From Candidatus Saccharimonadota bacterium (GTDB lineage: Bacteria > Patescibacteriota > Saccharimonadia > Saccharimonadales > JAGQNJ01), in contig DAISWO010000002.1 in the NCBI GenBank assembly GCA_036826295.1, positions 13,963 through 77,962 of the forward strand: DNA of 64,000 nt, read 5' to 3'. Numbering within the stretch: the stretch's first letter is position 1; the number at the start of each line of letters is the position of its first letter. The notes under the pieces are model-generated. The model did not search any database, was not told the origin of the DNA, and saw nothing but the letters and a program-made list of their open reading frames with translations. A program made the translations under genes and the position numbers. Positions 48,310 to 58,644 of this stretch are shown here, piece by piece.

Positions 48310-51300
48310 ATATTCACATGGACCGGACATTACAGATTTTGACGCGGTTAGACTTGCAGTAGCAAGCTCTGCCGATATTTCAGACTGGTCTTATGGCGAA
48401 GTAACAAAGCCTGAGACGATAAATTATAGAACACAAAAACCTGAACGGGATGGTTTGTTCTGTGAGAGAATTTTTGGACCTGTTAAAGATATTAATCCCC
48501 ACGATGCAAAATTTAAGGGTGTTCGATCCCGAGAAGCTGCCGTTGATAAAAAAGGCGAGATTGTTACTCGAAGTATTGTACGACGTGAGAGAATGGGCCA
48601 TATTCAGCTTGCATCACCTGTTGCCCACATTTGGTTCTTGCGTGGAACACCATCAGCAATGGGACTGCTCTTAGGGTTAACAGTTAAGAATCTAGAAAGA
48701 GTTGCATATTTTGCTAGTTACATAATCAAAAAAGTTGATGTTAAAAAACGCGATCAACTATTAACGGACAGAGAAGCTCAAGCAGATGCTGCAAAACTAG
48801 CTATTGACGCTAGATATGAAGCAGAAGCAAATAAAGAAGATGCCAATGTTAAGGCTCTAGCAGAAATGCGCACTAAAGAACTTGAAGAACTCGCAAACGA
48901 ATTCAACGAGTTTAAAGAGCAAATAGATATGCTCGTGGAGTACGGTTTGATAAATGAGGGTGACTATCAAAACTTGCCTGACGAGCTGAAAGAGATCATT
49001 GAAGTCGGAATGGGTGGTAATGCTCTTAAGCAAATGCTAGACGAAATCGATTTAGAAGAACTTATTGTAAAACTAAATGAAGAGGCTGACGGAGCTAAGG
49101 GTCAACGCAAGAAAAAACTACTAAAAAGATTACGATTGCTAGAGAGTATGAACAGAGCTGGAATCAAACCTAACTCTATGTGTCTGCAAGTACTACCTGT
49201 GATTCCTCCAGATCTTCGACCTATGGTTCAGCTAACGGGTGGTAGATTTGCTACATCCGATCTGAACGATCTTTACAGACGAGTTATTAACCGCAACAAT
49301 CGTTTAAAGAAATTAATTGATCTTAACGCCCCAGAAGTAATTTGCCGAAACGAACAAAGAATGCTTCAAGAAGCAGTAGATGCATTAATTGATAACGGAA
49401 ATGCACGATCAGGTCGCGCTGTTGCCGCTTCTGGACAGAGAAGAAGACTTAAATCATTAAGCGATATGCTTAAAGGAAAACAAGGCCGTTTCCGACAAAA
49501 CTTATTAGGAAAACGCGTTGATTACTCTGGTCGTTCGGTTATCGTATCGGGCCCAGAACTAAAAATTGACCAATGTGGATTGCCGAAAATGATGGCCCTA
49601 GAATTGTTCAAACCATTCGTAATTGGATCACTGATTGAGAACGACTATGCTCACAATATTAGAAGCGCAACACGAATGATTGAACTGGGCGAAACACCTG
49701 TGTGGGATGCATTAGATGAAGTGATTAAAGAGAAATACGTACTACTTAACCGTGCACCGAGTCTTCACCGTCTAAGTATTCAATCATTTAAACCGATTCT
49801 TATCGAAGGTAAAGCTATCCAGCTTCACCCTCTAGTATGTAGAGGTTTTAACGCTGACTTTGATGGAGACCAAATGGCCGTTCACTTGCCACTTTCTGAC
49901 GCTTCTCAAAAAGAAGCTAAAGAAATCATGGCAGCGAACAAAAACCTACTTAAGCCAGCTGACGGTTCGCCAATTCTTCACATCGAACAAGATATTGTAC
50001 TTGGCTGTTACTATCTGACTTATATCAAGCCAGGTAGCGAAACTAAACCAAAAGCCTTCAAATCTTTAGAGGAAGCTATGATGGCCTACGATAGCGAAAG
50101 TATTAAATTACAATCGGCTGTTCGTGTACCTTTCCGAGGTAAGATTGAAGAAACAACTCTTGGTCGACTACTTTTCAACGAAATTTTTCCAGAAGACTTT
50201 GAATTCCATAACACGACTATGACCAAAAAATTACTAGGTCAGGTAATGTCCGAAGTGTACGAAAAATACGGGCAAGATGTTACTGCAGAAATTGCTGATG
50301 ATCTAAAAGACATTGGATTTGAATATGCAACAGTATCAGGTTTGTCTCTAGGAATCTCGGACTTTAGTGATCTTGTTGGGCTCGAGGACAAACTTAAAGA
50401 AGGTGAAACAAAATCCGCTGACATTAGTACTCAATACGACGAAGGTTTCATTACCGACGAAGAACGGTACCGACTTACGGTAAATAACTGGAAAACTGTT
50501 GATTCAGATATTCAAGACATGCTTACAAAACAATTTTCACAGGAAGATAGTGCTATGGCTACAGCTGTAACATCTGGAGCTAGAGGTAATATTGGACAGG
50601 TTAAAACTGCGGTTGGTATGCTTGGAATTACTCAAGATACATCCGGTCGGGCGATTGAGCTCCCTATTAGATCTAGCTATAAAAAAGGTCTTAACCCACT
50701 AGAATACTTTACGGCAACCCGTGGTGCACGTAAGCAGATGATTGATACGGCTCTAAAAACAGCCGATTCAGGATATTTGACAAGACGTCTAGTGGACGTG
50801 AGTCAGGACGTGTTTACAGATGACGAACAAGCACCAGATCCTGGATTCCCAGTATATCGTTCAGACTCTACAGAAATTGGCGTAACGCTAGGTTCTAGAC
50901 TTGAAGGACGATTTGCTGCTGAAAATGTAAAACCGCATGTTAAAAAAGGCGAACTCATTACGAGAGCGATAGCTGAGAGCATCGAAAAAGACTCTTCAAT
51001 AGAAATTGTTAAAATTATGAGCGTACTAAGCTGTAGTAGTCCTAGAGGCATCAGCCGAAAATCATACGGCATAGATCCTGCTACAGGTAATCTTGTGAGC
51101 GCTTACTACCCAGTAGGTGTTGTAGCCGCGCAAAGTATTGGTGAGCCCGGTACTCAGTTAACTCTACGAAGCTATCACGCTGGTGGTCAGTCTGTCGAAG
51201 ACATCACCACAGGTTTGCCTCGTGTAGAAGAACTGTTTGAGACGCGTACTCCCAAAGGTCAAGCTGTGTTGTCAGAGTTAGCCGGTACAGTGAACGTCTG

Positions 51301-52114
51301 GGAAGAAGGTGAGAAATACGTCGTTCAAGTAACCTCAGATGATAAATCTCGAGTAGACCTAGACCTTAACGATAGAATCGCAAAGATTGAATCTAACACT
51401 GAGGTTGGGGTTGGTGATGTAATCGCAATTGGACCTAACGATTCTGATCCTCTTGTAGCACCAGTTGCTGGAAAAGCATCCGTTACAAAGAAAAAAATCA
51501 GTATTAGCCCGGTAAGCGAACAGGTTGTTAAATACGAAATTCCAGGCAATAAACCAGTTGTCGTCAAAGATGGAGACACTGTAGTTGCTGGACAAAGGCT
51601 TACAGGTGGTTCAATCAGCTTGCATGAGCTGATGGCATTACAAGGCATCGAGGCAACACAACGTTACATCATGAACGAGATTCTGCAGATCTTTGTATCT
51701 CAAGGCCAGAATATCGCCAACAAGCACCTAGAAGTAATTGTTAGGCAGATGTTCTCTAGAGTACAAATAGATGATGCTGGTGATAGCGAATATGTAACAG
51801 GTGATATTGTTAGTAAAGTTGACGTGTTAGAAAAGAACGAAGAACTAGCTAAGAACAAAAAACAGCTTATTCAGTACAGTCAGCTACTACTAGGAATCAC
51901 TAAGGCTTCTCTATCCACAGAGTCATTCTTATCGGCAGCCAGCTTCCAAGATACTACTAGAGTACTAATCGCAGCGGCTACAAGCGGTAAAGTCGATTAC
52001 CTCAGAGGACTAAAAGAAAACGTAATTTTGGGGCGGATGATTCCGGTAGGCACAGGCTACAATGCCTATGACAAGAAAAATGCCACCCCCGTTGACGAAG
52101 AAGATGAAAAGTGA
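48302..52114 (+). CDS. rpoC: DNA-directed RNA polymerase subunit beta'
   Basis: NADFDGDQM catalytic motif. The ATG at 48302 has GGAG 7 nt upstream, overlaps rpoB by 8 nt, and is preferred over 48257. Confidence 0.97.
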   Translation: MRRYSHGPDITDFDAVRLAVASSADISDWSYGEVTKPETINYRTQKPERDGLFCERIFGPVKDINPHDAKFKGVRSREAAVDKKGEIVTRSIVRRERMGHIQLASPVAHIWFLRGTPSAMGLLLGLTVKNLERVAYFASYIIKKVDVKKRDQLLTDREAQADAAKLAIDARYEAEANKEDANVKALAEMRTKELEELANEFNEFKEQIDMLVEYGLINEGDYQNLPDELKEIIEVGMGGNALKQMLDEIDLEELIVKLNEEADGAKGQRKKKLLKRLRLLESMNRAGIKPNSMCLQVLPVIPPDLRPMVQLTGGRFATSDLNDLYRRVINRNNRLKKLIDLNAPEVICRNEQRMLQEAVDALIDNGNARSGRAVAASGQRRRLKSLSDMLKGKQGRFRQNLLGKRVDYSGRSVIVSGPELKIDQCGLPKMMALELFKPFVIGSLIENDYAHNIRSATRMIELGETPVWDALDEVIKEKYVLLNRAPSLHRLSIQSFKPILIEGKAIQLHPLVCRGFNADFDGDQMAVHLPLSDASQKEAKEIMAANKNLLKPADGSPILHIEQDIVLGCYYLTYIKPGSETKPKAFKSLEEAMMAYDSESIKLQSAVRVPFRGKIEETTLGRLLFNEIFPEDFEFHNTTMTKKLLGQVMSEVYEKYGQDVTAEIADDLKDIGFEYATVSGLSLGISDFSDLVGLEDKLKEGETKSADISTQYDEGFITDEERYRLTVNNWKTVDSDIQDMLTKQFSQEDSAMATAVTSGARGNIGQVKTAVGMLGITQDTSGRAIELPIRSSYKKGLNPLEYFTATRGARKQMIDTALKTADSGYLTRRLVDVSQDVFTDDEQAPDPGFPVYRSDSTEIGVTLGSRLEGRFAAENVKPHVKKGELITRAIAESIEKDSSIEIVKIMSVLSCSSPRGISRKSYGIDPATGNLVSAYYPVGVVAAQSIGEPGTQLTLRSYHAGGQSVEDITTGLPRVEELFETRTPKGQAVLSELAGTVNVWEEGEKYVVQVTSDDKSRVDLDLNDRIAKIESNTEVGVGDVIAIGPNDSDPLVAPVAGKASVTKKKISISPVSEQVVKYEIPGNKPVVVKDGDTVVAGQRLTGGSISLHELMALQGIEATQRYIMNEILQIFVSQGQNIANKHLEVIVRQMFSRVQIDDAGDSEYVTGDIVSKVDVLEKNEELAKNKKQLIQYSQLLLGITKASLSTESFLSAASFQDTTRVLIAAATSGKVDYLRGLKENVILGRMIPVGTGYNAYDKKNATPVDEEDEK

Positions 52115-52131
52115 TAGGGTTATAGACTGAT

Positions 52132-52545
52132 ATGCCAACAATTAACCAATTAATCCGAAAACCCCGAAAGCCAGTGACTAAGAAATCAAAGTCACCAGCA
52201 CTTCATCGGGTTGTAAATAACCTAAATACCACTAACTACGAAAAGCCTTCGCCATTTAAACGAGGTGTCTGCGTTAAAGTAACTACAAAGACACCAAAAA
52301 AACCTAACTCCGCGCTTCGTAAGGTTGCCCGTGTTAGATTGACTAATGGTCATGAAGTTTGGGCCTATATCGGTGGCGAAGGACACAACCTACAAGAGCA
52401 CGCTGTAGTGCTAATCCGTGGCGGCAGAGTAAAAGACCTTCCAGGTGTACGCTACCACATTGTACGTGGCGCATTAGACCTTCAGGGAGTATCTGATCGT
52501 AAACAAGGCCGATCTAAATACGGTACAAAGAAGGCGAGTAAGTAG
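52132..52545 (+). CDS. rpsL: 30S ribosomal protein S12
   Basis: PTINQLIRK...KKPNSALRK conserved sequence. Confidence 0.97.
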   Translation: MPTINQLIRKPRKPVTKKSKSPALHRVVNNLNTTNYEKPSPFKRGVCVKVTTKTPKKPNSALRKVARVRLTNGHEVWAYIGGEGHNLQEHAVVLIRGGRVKDLPGVRYHIVRGALDLQGVSDRKQGRSKYGTKKASK

Positions 52546-53022
52546 ATGCCTAGGAAAAAGACTAAAGAACTAATACGAAAAATTCCCGGCGACCGCTTGT
52601 ACGACAGTGTCATGGTTCAGCGTGTAATTAACCGCGTAATGCTTGACGGTAAAAAACAAGTTGCCGAACGACTAGTCTATGGTGGTATGCAGGATGCTGC
52701 CGACAAACTTAAAGTTAAAAATCCTCTAGAAGTTTTCGACAAAGCTCTTGGCAATATCCGTCCAAGTGTCGAGACTCGGTCTAGACGCGTTGGTGGGGCA
52801 AACTATCAGATACCATTTGAAGTAAAAGGCCAAAGACAATCACACCTTACTATTATGTGGTTTGTAGAAGCAGCTCGTGCGCGTTCAGGTATGAGCATGG
52901 AAGACCGAATCGCTCAAGAGCTAATGGATGCATATAACGAATCCGGATCAGCAGTTAAAAAACGCGAAGATATGCATAAAATGGCTGAAGCCAACCGTGC
53001 CTTCGCTCACTTCGCGAGATAG
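52546..53022 (+). CDS. rpsG: 30S ribosomal protein S7
   Basis: Conserved S7 sequence. Follows rpsL with no gap. Confidence 0.97.
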   Translation: MPRKKTKELIRKIPGDRLYDSVMVQRVINRVMLDGKKQVAERLVYGGMQDAADKLKVKNPLEVFDKALGNIRPSVETRSRRVGGANYQIPFEVKGQRQSHLTIMWFVEAARARSGMSMEDRIAQELMDAYNESGSAVKKREDMHKMAEANRAFAHFAR

Positions 53023-53026
53023 TCGT

Positions 53027-53230
53027 ATGGTTACTGAGCAACTGCAAAAGCTTGAGCTAGGAATTTCGAACAGACTGGCGAAACAAGAAAATCGACTAAA
53101 GCATTCATTTGTTACCGAAGAAAACATTGCCCCACTTAATATTGAAGTTTTCGCTTTAAGACTAGCTCATCCTCTTGTCAGCAAAATAGTAACCGTAGCA
53201 GAAATATTAACACCTAGGAGTACAGAATAA
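53027..53230 (+). CDS. candidate 67-aa ORF filling the rpsG-fusA spacer
   Basis: The ATG is 4 nt after the rpsG stop, and the TAA abuts the fusA ATG (TAAATG). No SD and no recognisable motif. Confidence 0.3.
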   Translation: MVTEQLQKLELGISNRLAKQENRLKHSFVTEENIAPLNIEVFALRLAHPLVSKIVTVAEILTPRSTE

Positions 53231-55318
53231 ATGGCGGACAAAAAATCAGATCTAAAAAATTATAGAAATATCGGTATTATTGCGCATATTGATGCCGGCA
53301 AAACCACTACAACTGAGGGGATACTCTATCGGACTGGCTTAAAACACAAAATTGGTGCAGTTCACGAAGGCGAAACTACCACTGACTGGATGGAACAAGA
53401 ACGCGAACGCGGTATCACCATCACATCTGCCGCTGTTACTTGTTTCTGGAAAGATCACAAGATTAACATCATTGACACACCTGGACACATCGACTTCACC
53501 GCCGAAGTTGAACGAAGTCTAAGGGTGCTAGATGGGGCTGTAACAGTATTTGACGGCAAGATGGGCGTCGAGAGTCAATCAGAGACTGTGTGGCGTCAAG
53601 CGAACAAATATAATGTACCTCGAATCTGTTTTATAAATAAAATCAACCAAACAGGTGGTGACTTCTACAAATCACTTGATACTATTCACGCCAGACTAAC
53701 TAAACGTGCTTTTCCAATCCACTTGCCGATAGGTTTCGAACAGTCGATTAATGGAATCATTGATCTGATTAGTATGAAAGCTTACACCTACAAAGAGTTT
53801 ACTGATCACGAATTAGTCGAATCAGAAATCCCAGAGGATATGGCAGATCAGGTAAAGAAGTACCGAAGCTTACTAATCGAAAACGCAGTCGCCGAAGATG
53901 AAAAAATCTTAGAAAAATTCTTTGAAGTCGGAGAAGAGGGGTTATCAGAGGAAGAAATCCGTCAAGCAGTCCGAACAGCAACATTAACCAGCGACTTTTT
54001 CCCGGTAACGGGTGGTGACGGACGCGGAGTAATAGTAGAGAAAGTTCTTGATGCTGTTAACGACTTTTTACCAAGCCCACTTGATCGTGGTTCTGTCTGG
54101 GGCACACATCCTAAGAGTGGTGATGAAATTGAACGAAAGCCGTCTGATTCTGAGCCGATGTCTGCACTAGCATTCAAAATTGCTACCGACCCTTTTGTCG
54201 GAAAATTATGCTTCGTAAGAGTATACTCAGGTAAATTACAAGCTGGATCATATGTCTATAACAGTTCTACTGGCGAAAAAGAGCGTGTTGGACGCGTCGT
54301 TCGTATGCAAGCCGACAAACGAGAAGACATTACAGATATTAGTGCCGGAGATATCGCAGCTATCGTTGGTCTTAAAGGTACTACGACAGGAAACACGCTT
54401 TGTGACGTCAACAATACAATAGTGCTTGAAAACATTACTTTCCCTGATCCACCAGTATCAATTGCGATTGAACCAAAAACTAAGGCCGATCAAGAAAAGA
54501 TGGGTATTGCTCTGCAACGACTAGCGGAGGAAGACCCAACCTTCCAAGTTAAAGTTGATCACGAGACAGGGCAAACGATTATAAAGGGAATGGGGGAGCT
54601 ACATCTTGAAATTATCGTTGACCGAATGAAACGAGAATTTGCTGTTGAAGCTAACATTGGTCAACCTCAAGTTGCTTACCGCGAAACTATTCGAAAAGAC
54701 GGTGTTGAAGTTCAAGGCAAATTTATCCGTCAATCAGGTGGCCGTGGACAATATGGTGACGTTTGGCTACGACTTTCGCAAAATGAACAAGGTAAGGGCT
54801 TTGAGTTCATAAACAAGATTAAGGGTGGCGTAATCCCTGCTGAATATATAAAGCCTGTTCAAGAAGGAATCATCGAAGCAATGAGTAACGGAGTGTTAGC
54901 TGGCTATCCAGTCGTAGATATCGTCGCAGAACTTTATGATGGTAGCTATCACGATGTTGACTCTAGTGAAATGGCCTTTAAGGTTGCAGGCTCAATGGCC
55001 TTGCAATCGGGTGTTAAACAATCAGCTCCGGTATTACTAGAACCTGTAATGAAGGTAGTAGTTGTAACCCCAGAAGAATTCATGGGTGAAGTTATCGGTG
55101 ATCTGAACAGCAAACGTGGACGTATTGAATCTATGGAAGATCTTACGGCCGGTATTAAAGAAATTACAGCATTTGTACCTCTAGGTGAAATGTTTGGCTA
55201 CACTACTAATCTACGTAGCAACACTCAAGGTCGTGCTAGTTCGAGCATGGAGCTGGATCACTACGCTGATGTACCAAGCCACGTAGCTGAAGCAATCATC
55301 GCCAAAAACAGCAAATAG
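53231..55318 (+). CDS. fusA: elongation factor G
   Basis: [14 protein letters not shown] and NKID G-motifs, 695 aa. Confidence 0.97.
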   Translation: MADKKSDLKNYRNIGIIAHIDAGKTTTTEGILYRTGLKHKIGAVHEGETTTDWMEQERERGITITSAAVTCFWKDHKINIIDTPGHIDFTAEVERSLRVLDGAVTVFDGKMGVESQSETVWRQANKYNVPRICFINKINQTGGDFYKSLDTIHARLTKRAFPIHLPIGFEQSINGIIDLISMKAYTYKEFTDHELVESEIPEDMADQVKKYRSLLIENAVAEDEKILEKFFEVGEEGLSEEEIRQAVRTATLTSDFFPVTGGDGRGVIVEKVLDAVNDFLPSPLDRGSVWGTHPKSGDEIERKPSDSEPMSALAFKIATDPFVGKLCFVRVYSGKLQAGSYVYNSSTGEKERVGRVVRMQADKREDITDISAGDIAAIVGLKGTTTGNTLCDVNNTIVLENITFPDPPVSIAIEPKTKADQEKMGIALQRLAEEDPTFQVKVDHETGQTIIKGMGELHLEIIVDRMKREFAVEANIGQPQVAYRETIRKDGVEVQGKFIRQSGGRGQYGDVWLRLSQNEQGKGFEFINKIKGGVIPAEYIKPVQEGIIEAMSNGVLAGYPVVDIVAELYDGSYHDVDSSEMAFKVAGSMALQSGVKQSAPVLLEPVMKVVVVTPEEFMGEVIGDLNSKRGRIESMEDLTAGIKEITAFVPLGEMFGYTTNLRSNTQGRASSSMELDHYADVPSHVAEAIIAKNSK

Positions 55319-55424
55319 AATACTTTACAAACAGAGATGGTTTATATACAATTAACAGGTATCTCGCGTGAGTATTATATACTTATGCTAAATAATTAAG
55401 TAATTAACAGGAGTAACAAACAAA

Positions 55425-56606
55425 ATGGCAGATTTTGATCGAAGTAAACCACACGTAAACGTCGGTACAATGGGTCACGTTGACCACGGTAAAACTACAC
55501 TAACAGCAGCAATTACAGCTGTACTGGCTAAAAAGCTACCTAGTGATGTAAACAAACCGGTTAAATATGACGAAATTGACAAAGCACCAGAAGAAAAAGC
55601 TCGTGGTATAACAATTGCGACATCCCACCAAGAGTATGAGAGTAAAAAACGACACTACGCACACGTTGACATGCCAGGTCACGCTGACTACGTCAAGAAC
55701 ATGATTACTGGTGCTGCACAGATTGATGGTGCAATTCTAGTTGTATCAGCTGCCGATGGCCCTATGCCTCAAACACGTGAACACGTTCTTCTTGCAAAAC
55801 AAGTTGGCGTTCCATCTATCCTAGTATTTATGAACAAGATGGACCTTGCGGATCCAGAACTAGTAGAACTAGTTGAAATGGACATCCGAGAACTACTAGG
55901 CAAATACGAATTTGACGAAAATGCTCCAATTATTAAAGGTTCTGCAACCAAAGCCCTTGAAGGTAGCGCAGAAGACGAAGATGCAGTTATGGAGCTCGTC
56001 GATAAGATGGACGAATACGTACCAGAACCAAAACGAGATCTTGATAAAGATTTCTTGATGGCAATTGAAGATGTTTTCTCAATTAAAGGACGTGGAACAG
56101 TAGCGACCGGTCGTATCGAACAAGGTGTTGTTAAAGTGAACGAAGAAGTTGAGATTGTCGGTATCCATGATACTAAAAAGACTGTAGTAACTGGTGTAGA
56201 AATGTTTAAAAAGAACCTAGACCAAGGTCAGGCTGGAGATAACGTCGGAATTCTGCTTCGAGGAATCGAACGTGATGATATCGAACGTGGTCAAGTGCTT
56301 GCAAAACCGGGTTCTATTACTCCACACACAGAGTTTGACGCAGAAGTATACGTACTGACAAAAGAAGAAGGTGGACGACACACACCATTCTTTAAAGGTT
56401 ACAAACCACAATTCTACTTCCGAACAACGGACGTAACAGGTGAAGTAGAACTTCCAGCTGACAAAGAAATGGTCATGCCTGGTGATACTGTAACTTTCAA
56501 GGTTAAATTGATTCAACCTATTGCGATGGATCAAGGTCAACGATTCGCTATCCGTGAAGGTGGACGAACTGTTGGCGCCGGAGTAGTAACAAAAATTACG
56601 AAATAA
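55425..56606 (+). CDS. tuf: elongation factor Tu
   Basis: [14 protein letters not shown] and NKMD motifs, 393 aa. Confidence 0.98.
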   Translation: MADFDRSKPHVNVGTMGHVDHGKTTLTAAITAVLAKKLPSDVNKPVKYDEIDKAPEEKARGITIATSHQEYESKKRHYAHVDMPGHADYVKNMITGAAQIDGAILVVSAADGPMPQTREHVLLAKQVGVPSILVFMNKMDLADPELVELVEMDIRELLGKYEFDENAPIIKGSATKALEGSAEDEDAVMELVDKMDEYVPEPKRDLDKDFLMAIEDVFSIKGRGTVATGRIEQGVVKVNEEVEIVGIHDTKKTVVTGVEMFKKNLDQGQAGDNVGILLRGIERDDIERGQVLAKPGSITPHTEFDAEVYVLTKEEGGRHTPFFKGYKPQFYFRTTDVTGEVELPADKEMVMPGDTVTFKVKLIQPIAMDQGQRFAIREGGRTVGAGVVTKITK

Positions 56607-56630
56607 TATTTCGTCGAGAAGCAAAAAAAA

Positions 56631-56655
56631 GAGCCTCCAAAACAGAGGCTCTTTT
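56631..56655 (+). terminator. rho-independent terminator after tuf
   Basis: GAGCCTC-CAAAACA-GAGGCTC followed by TTTT. It is preceded by an A-run, so it could act bidirectionally. Confidence 0.8.
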
Positions 56656-56775
56656 CAATTCGCTAAGTTTGTTATACAATACCAACACAAACTAATCGTA
56701 ATGACTAAAAGTCGTTGCATTTGATCTATATATCATTGCAAAGATGTTACATTACACTAAGAAAGGTATTTTTAT

Positions 56776-57162
56776 ATGGCTGAAGCCAATAAGACACAAC
56801 CAACAAAAAAATCAGTAGCTAAAACTACTGAGCCAAAAGAGAAAGCCGTAGCTTCTACGAGTCAAAGGATTCGCATCCGACTAAAAGCTTATGATCATAA
56901 AGTTATTGATCAAGCTACAAAACAAATTGTTGATACAGCAATCCGTACAGGCGCTAATATAGCTGGGCCAATCCCACTCCCTACTCGCAGAACTGTCTAT
57001 ACGGTTGTAAAAAGCCCGCATGTCTTTAAAAAAGGCCGTGAGCAATTCGAAATGCGCACCCACAAACGACTAATAGATGTACTAGAGCCTACTCCAAAGA
57101 CGATTGATTCGTTGATGAACCTCAGTCTGCCCGCTGGTTGCGACGCAGAAATTAAGATGTAA
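56776..57162 (+). CDS. rpsJ: 30S ribosomal protein S10 with a ~27-aa N-terminal extension
   Basis: The [12 protein letters not shown] core begins at about residue 30, and no internal Met is available. Confidence 0.93.
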   Translation: MAEANKTQPTKKSVAKTTEPKEKAVASTSQRIRIRLKAYDHKVIDQATKQIVDTAIRTGANIAGPIPLPTRRTVYTVVKSPHVFKKGREQFEMRTHKRLIDVLEPTPKTIDSLMNLSLPAGCDAEIKM

Positions 57163-57177
57163 GATATCGTTATTTAA

Positions 57178-57579
57178 ATGCGTGAAATTTCAAATAATCA
57201 GCTAAAAGATACTTTAGAGTTTTGGGAAGATGAACTAACGTTACAACAACGATATGTTAAGGCTGAGTGTAGTGCCTGCCCTCAAGTCAGTGCCTTTGCA
57301 GAAAAATTAGCAGTCCAAGTAATCAGAAACTCTGCCGTAACAAATCTTTTTCGATCTAAAGTGAAGTCGATTGATCCAATCGAACGCGGTAGGTTAATGC
57401 TTGAATCAGCTGACCAAATGCGCCAAAGATTTGATTTATGCCCCGGCCCAAGTATTGTTGACCCAAGCGAAGTAGACAAAGCATTGGTACTACCATCTAG
57501 TGGACTATTCAACGAAGTTCACAGTGTTCCAGACGTTGCAGAAGTGTGTGGATTACCTAACACTGAACCACAGGTTTAA
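57178..57579 (+). CDS. hypothetical protein, 133 aa, acidic, four Cys including CSAC
   Basis: The ORF starts 15 nt after rpsJ. It lies between rpsJ and rplC, where no gene is normally found. Confidence 0.45.
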   Translation: MREISNNQLKDTLEFWEDELTLQQRYVKAECSACPQVSAFAEKLAVQVIRNSAVTNLFRSKVKSIDPIERGRLMLESADQMRQRFDLCPGPSIVDPSEVDKALVLPSSGLFNEVHSVPDVAEVCGLPNTEPQV

Positions 57580-57598
57580 ACCTGCTATAATCAAGCTA

Positions 57599-57862
57599 AT
57601 GGCAAAAAAACTAAGACGTTCTCACGAGACAGATGATGCCTATTTCCTAAAATTAGTCTTGTTCATGATTTTGGGTTCTATGTGGCTAAAAGTCAGTGAC
57701 GGCCAATCTTGGCAAGTTCCTTTGCCGGTAGGACTAGTCTTTGGGATTATGCTAGCTAGACACGACCACTTTAGGATTGATAGAAAGATTGAATACGCTG
57801 TACTTTTAATAGCGGCTTTTATAGGTTTTTGGGCTCCAATAGGAATCTATATAAACCTGTAA
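57599..57862 (+). CDS. hypothetical small membrane protein (~87 aa, 2-3 TM)
   Basis: TATAAT (57586-57591) lies 7 nt before the ATG at 57599. Hydrophobic segments are present. The track start at 57500 overlaps the previous ORF. Confidence 0.45.
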   Translation: MAKKLRRSHETDDAYFLKLVLFMILGSMWLKVSDGQSWQVPLPVGLVFGIMLARHDHFRIDRKIEYAVLLIAAFIGFWAPIGIYINL

Positions 57863-58019
57863 TATACACAACATATTGACAGAGGTAAGAAAAACGTGTT
57901 AATCTGTTATGGTATCAAGAAAAACCTTGGTGATTCTAGTGAAGGTTTGCTTACTTTAACAGGGGCAAAAACCACATAAGAGCCAATTTTTTTATGCAAA
58001 TTATTGAAAGGGTTAAACT

Positions 58020-58643
58020 GTGGACTTTAAGAGTCTTATTACAACTAAAATTGGAACAACCAGCACCATTGCCGAAGATGGTAGTGTTGAGGCAATTACT
58101 CTTTTGTCGGCCACGCCTAACACAATTACCCAGATAAAAACGGATGAAACTGATGGATACACTGCGATCCAACTAGGCTTTGAGGATAAGAATCAATCAA
58201 AACTTGGCAAAGCACTTCTAGGACACGTCAAAAAGTCAAAAGTAATGCCAAGAATTATCAAAGAAGTGCGCATCAATGAACTAAATGAAGAACACAACGT
58301 CGGCCACCAATTTACAGCCGACGTTTTTAGTGTAGGTGACATTGTAGACGCCTCTGGCGTTAGTAAAGGTAAAGGCTGGGCAGGAACAATCAAACGACAT
58401 AACTTTCATCGTGGACGAAAGACACATGGTGGTCGAAGTTATCGCAGGCCTGGATCTATTGGGTCAATGTATCCTCAAAAGATTTTTAAAGGTAAGAAAA
58501 TGGCCGGTCAAATGGGTCATGAGAACGTCACGGTAAAAAACCTCAAAATCACAATTGTTGACGTAGAAAAGAACATAATCGGTGTCAAAGGCGCAGTCCC
58601 CGGTCCAAAACGTGGGACTGTTGTACTTCGAGGGGTTAAATAG
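58020..58643 (+). CDS. rplC: 50S ribosomal protein L3
   Basis: Conserved L3 sequence (GKGWAGTIKRHNF). GTG start. Confidence 0.93.
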   Translation: MDFKSLITTKIGTTSTIAEDGSVEAITLLSATPNTITQIKTDETDGYTAIQLGFEDKNQSKLGKALLGHVKKSKVMPRIIKEVRINELNEEHNVGHQFTADVFSVGDIVDASGVSKGKGWAGTIKRHNFHRGRKTHGGRSYRRPGSIGSMYPQKIFKGKKMAGQMGHENVTVKNLKITIVDVEKNIIGVKGAVPGPKRGTVVLRGVK

Positions 58644-58644
58644 T

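Noticed and set aside
56217-56624. 135-aa minus-strand ORF antisense to tuf, plus many 60-110-aa antisense or alternative-frame ORFs in rpoB, rpoC, fusA, dnaE, pepN and the PBP gene
   Set aside because: These are embedded in highly conserved genes on the opposite strand or in another frame. None has a motif or initiation signals, so I treat them as spurious.
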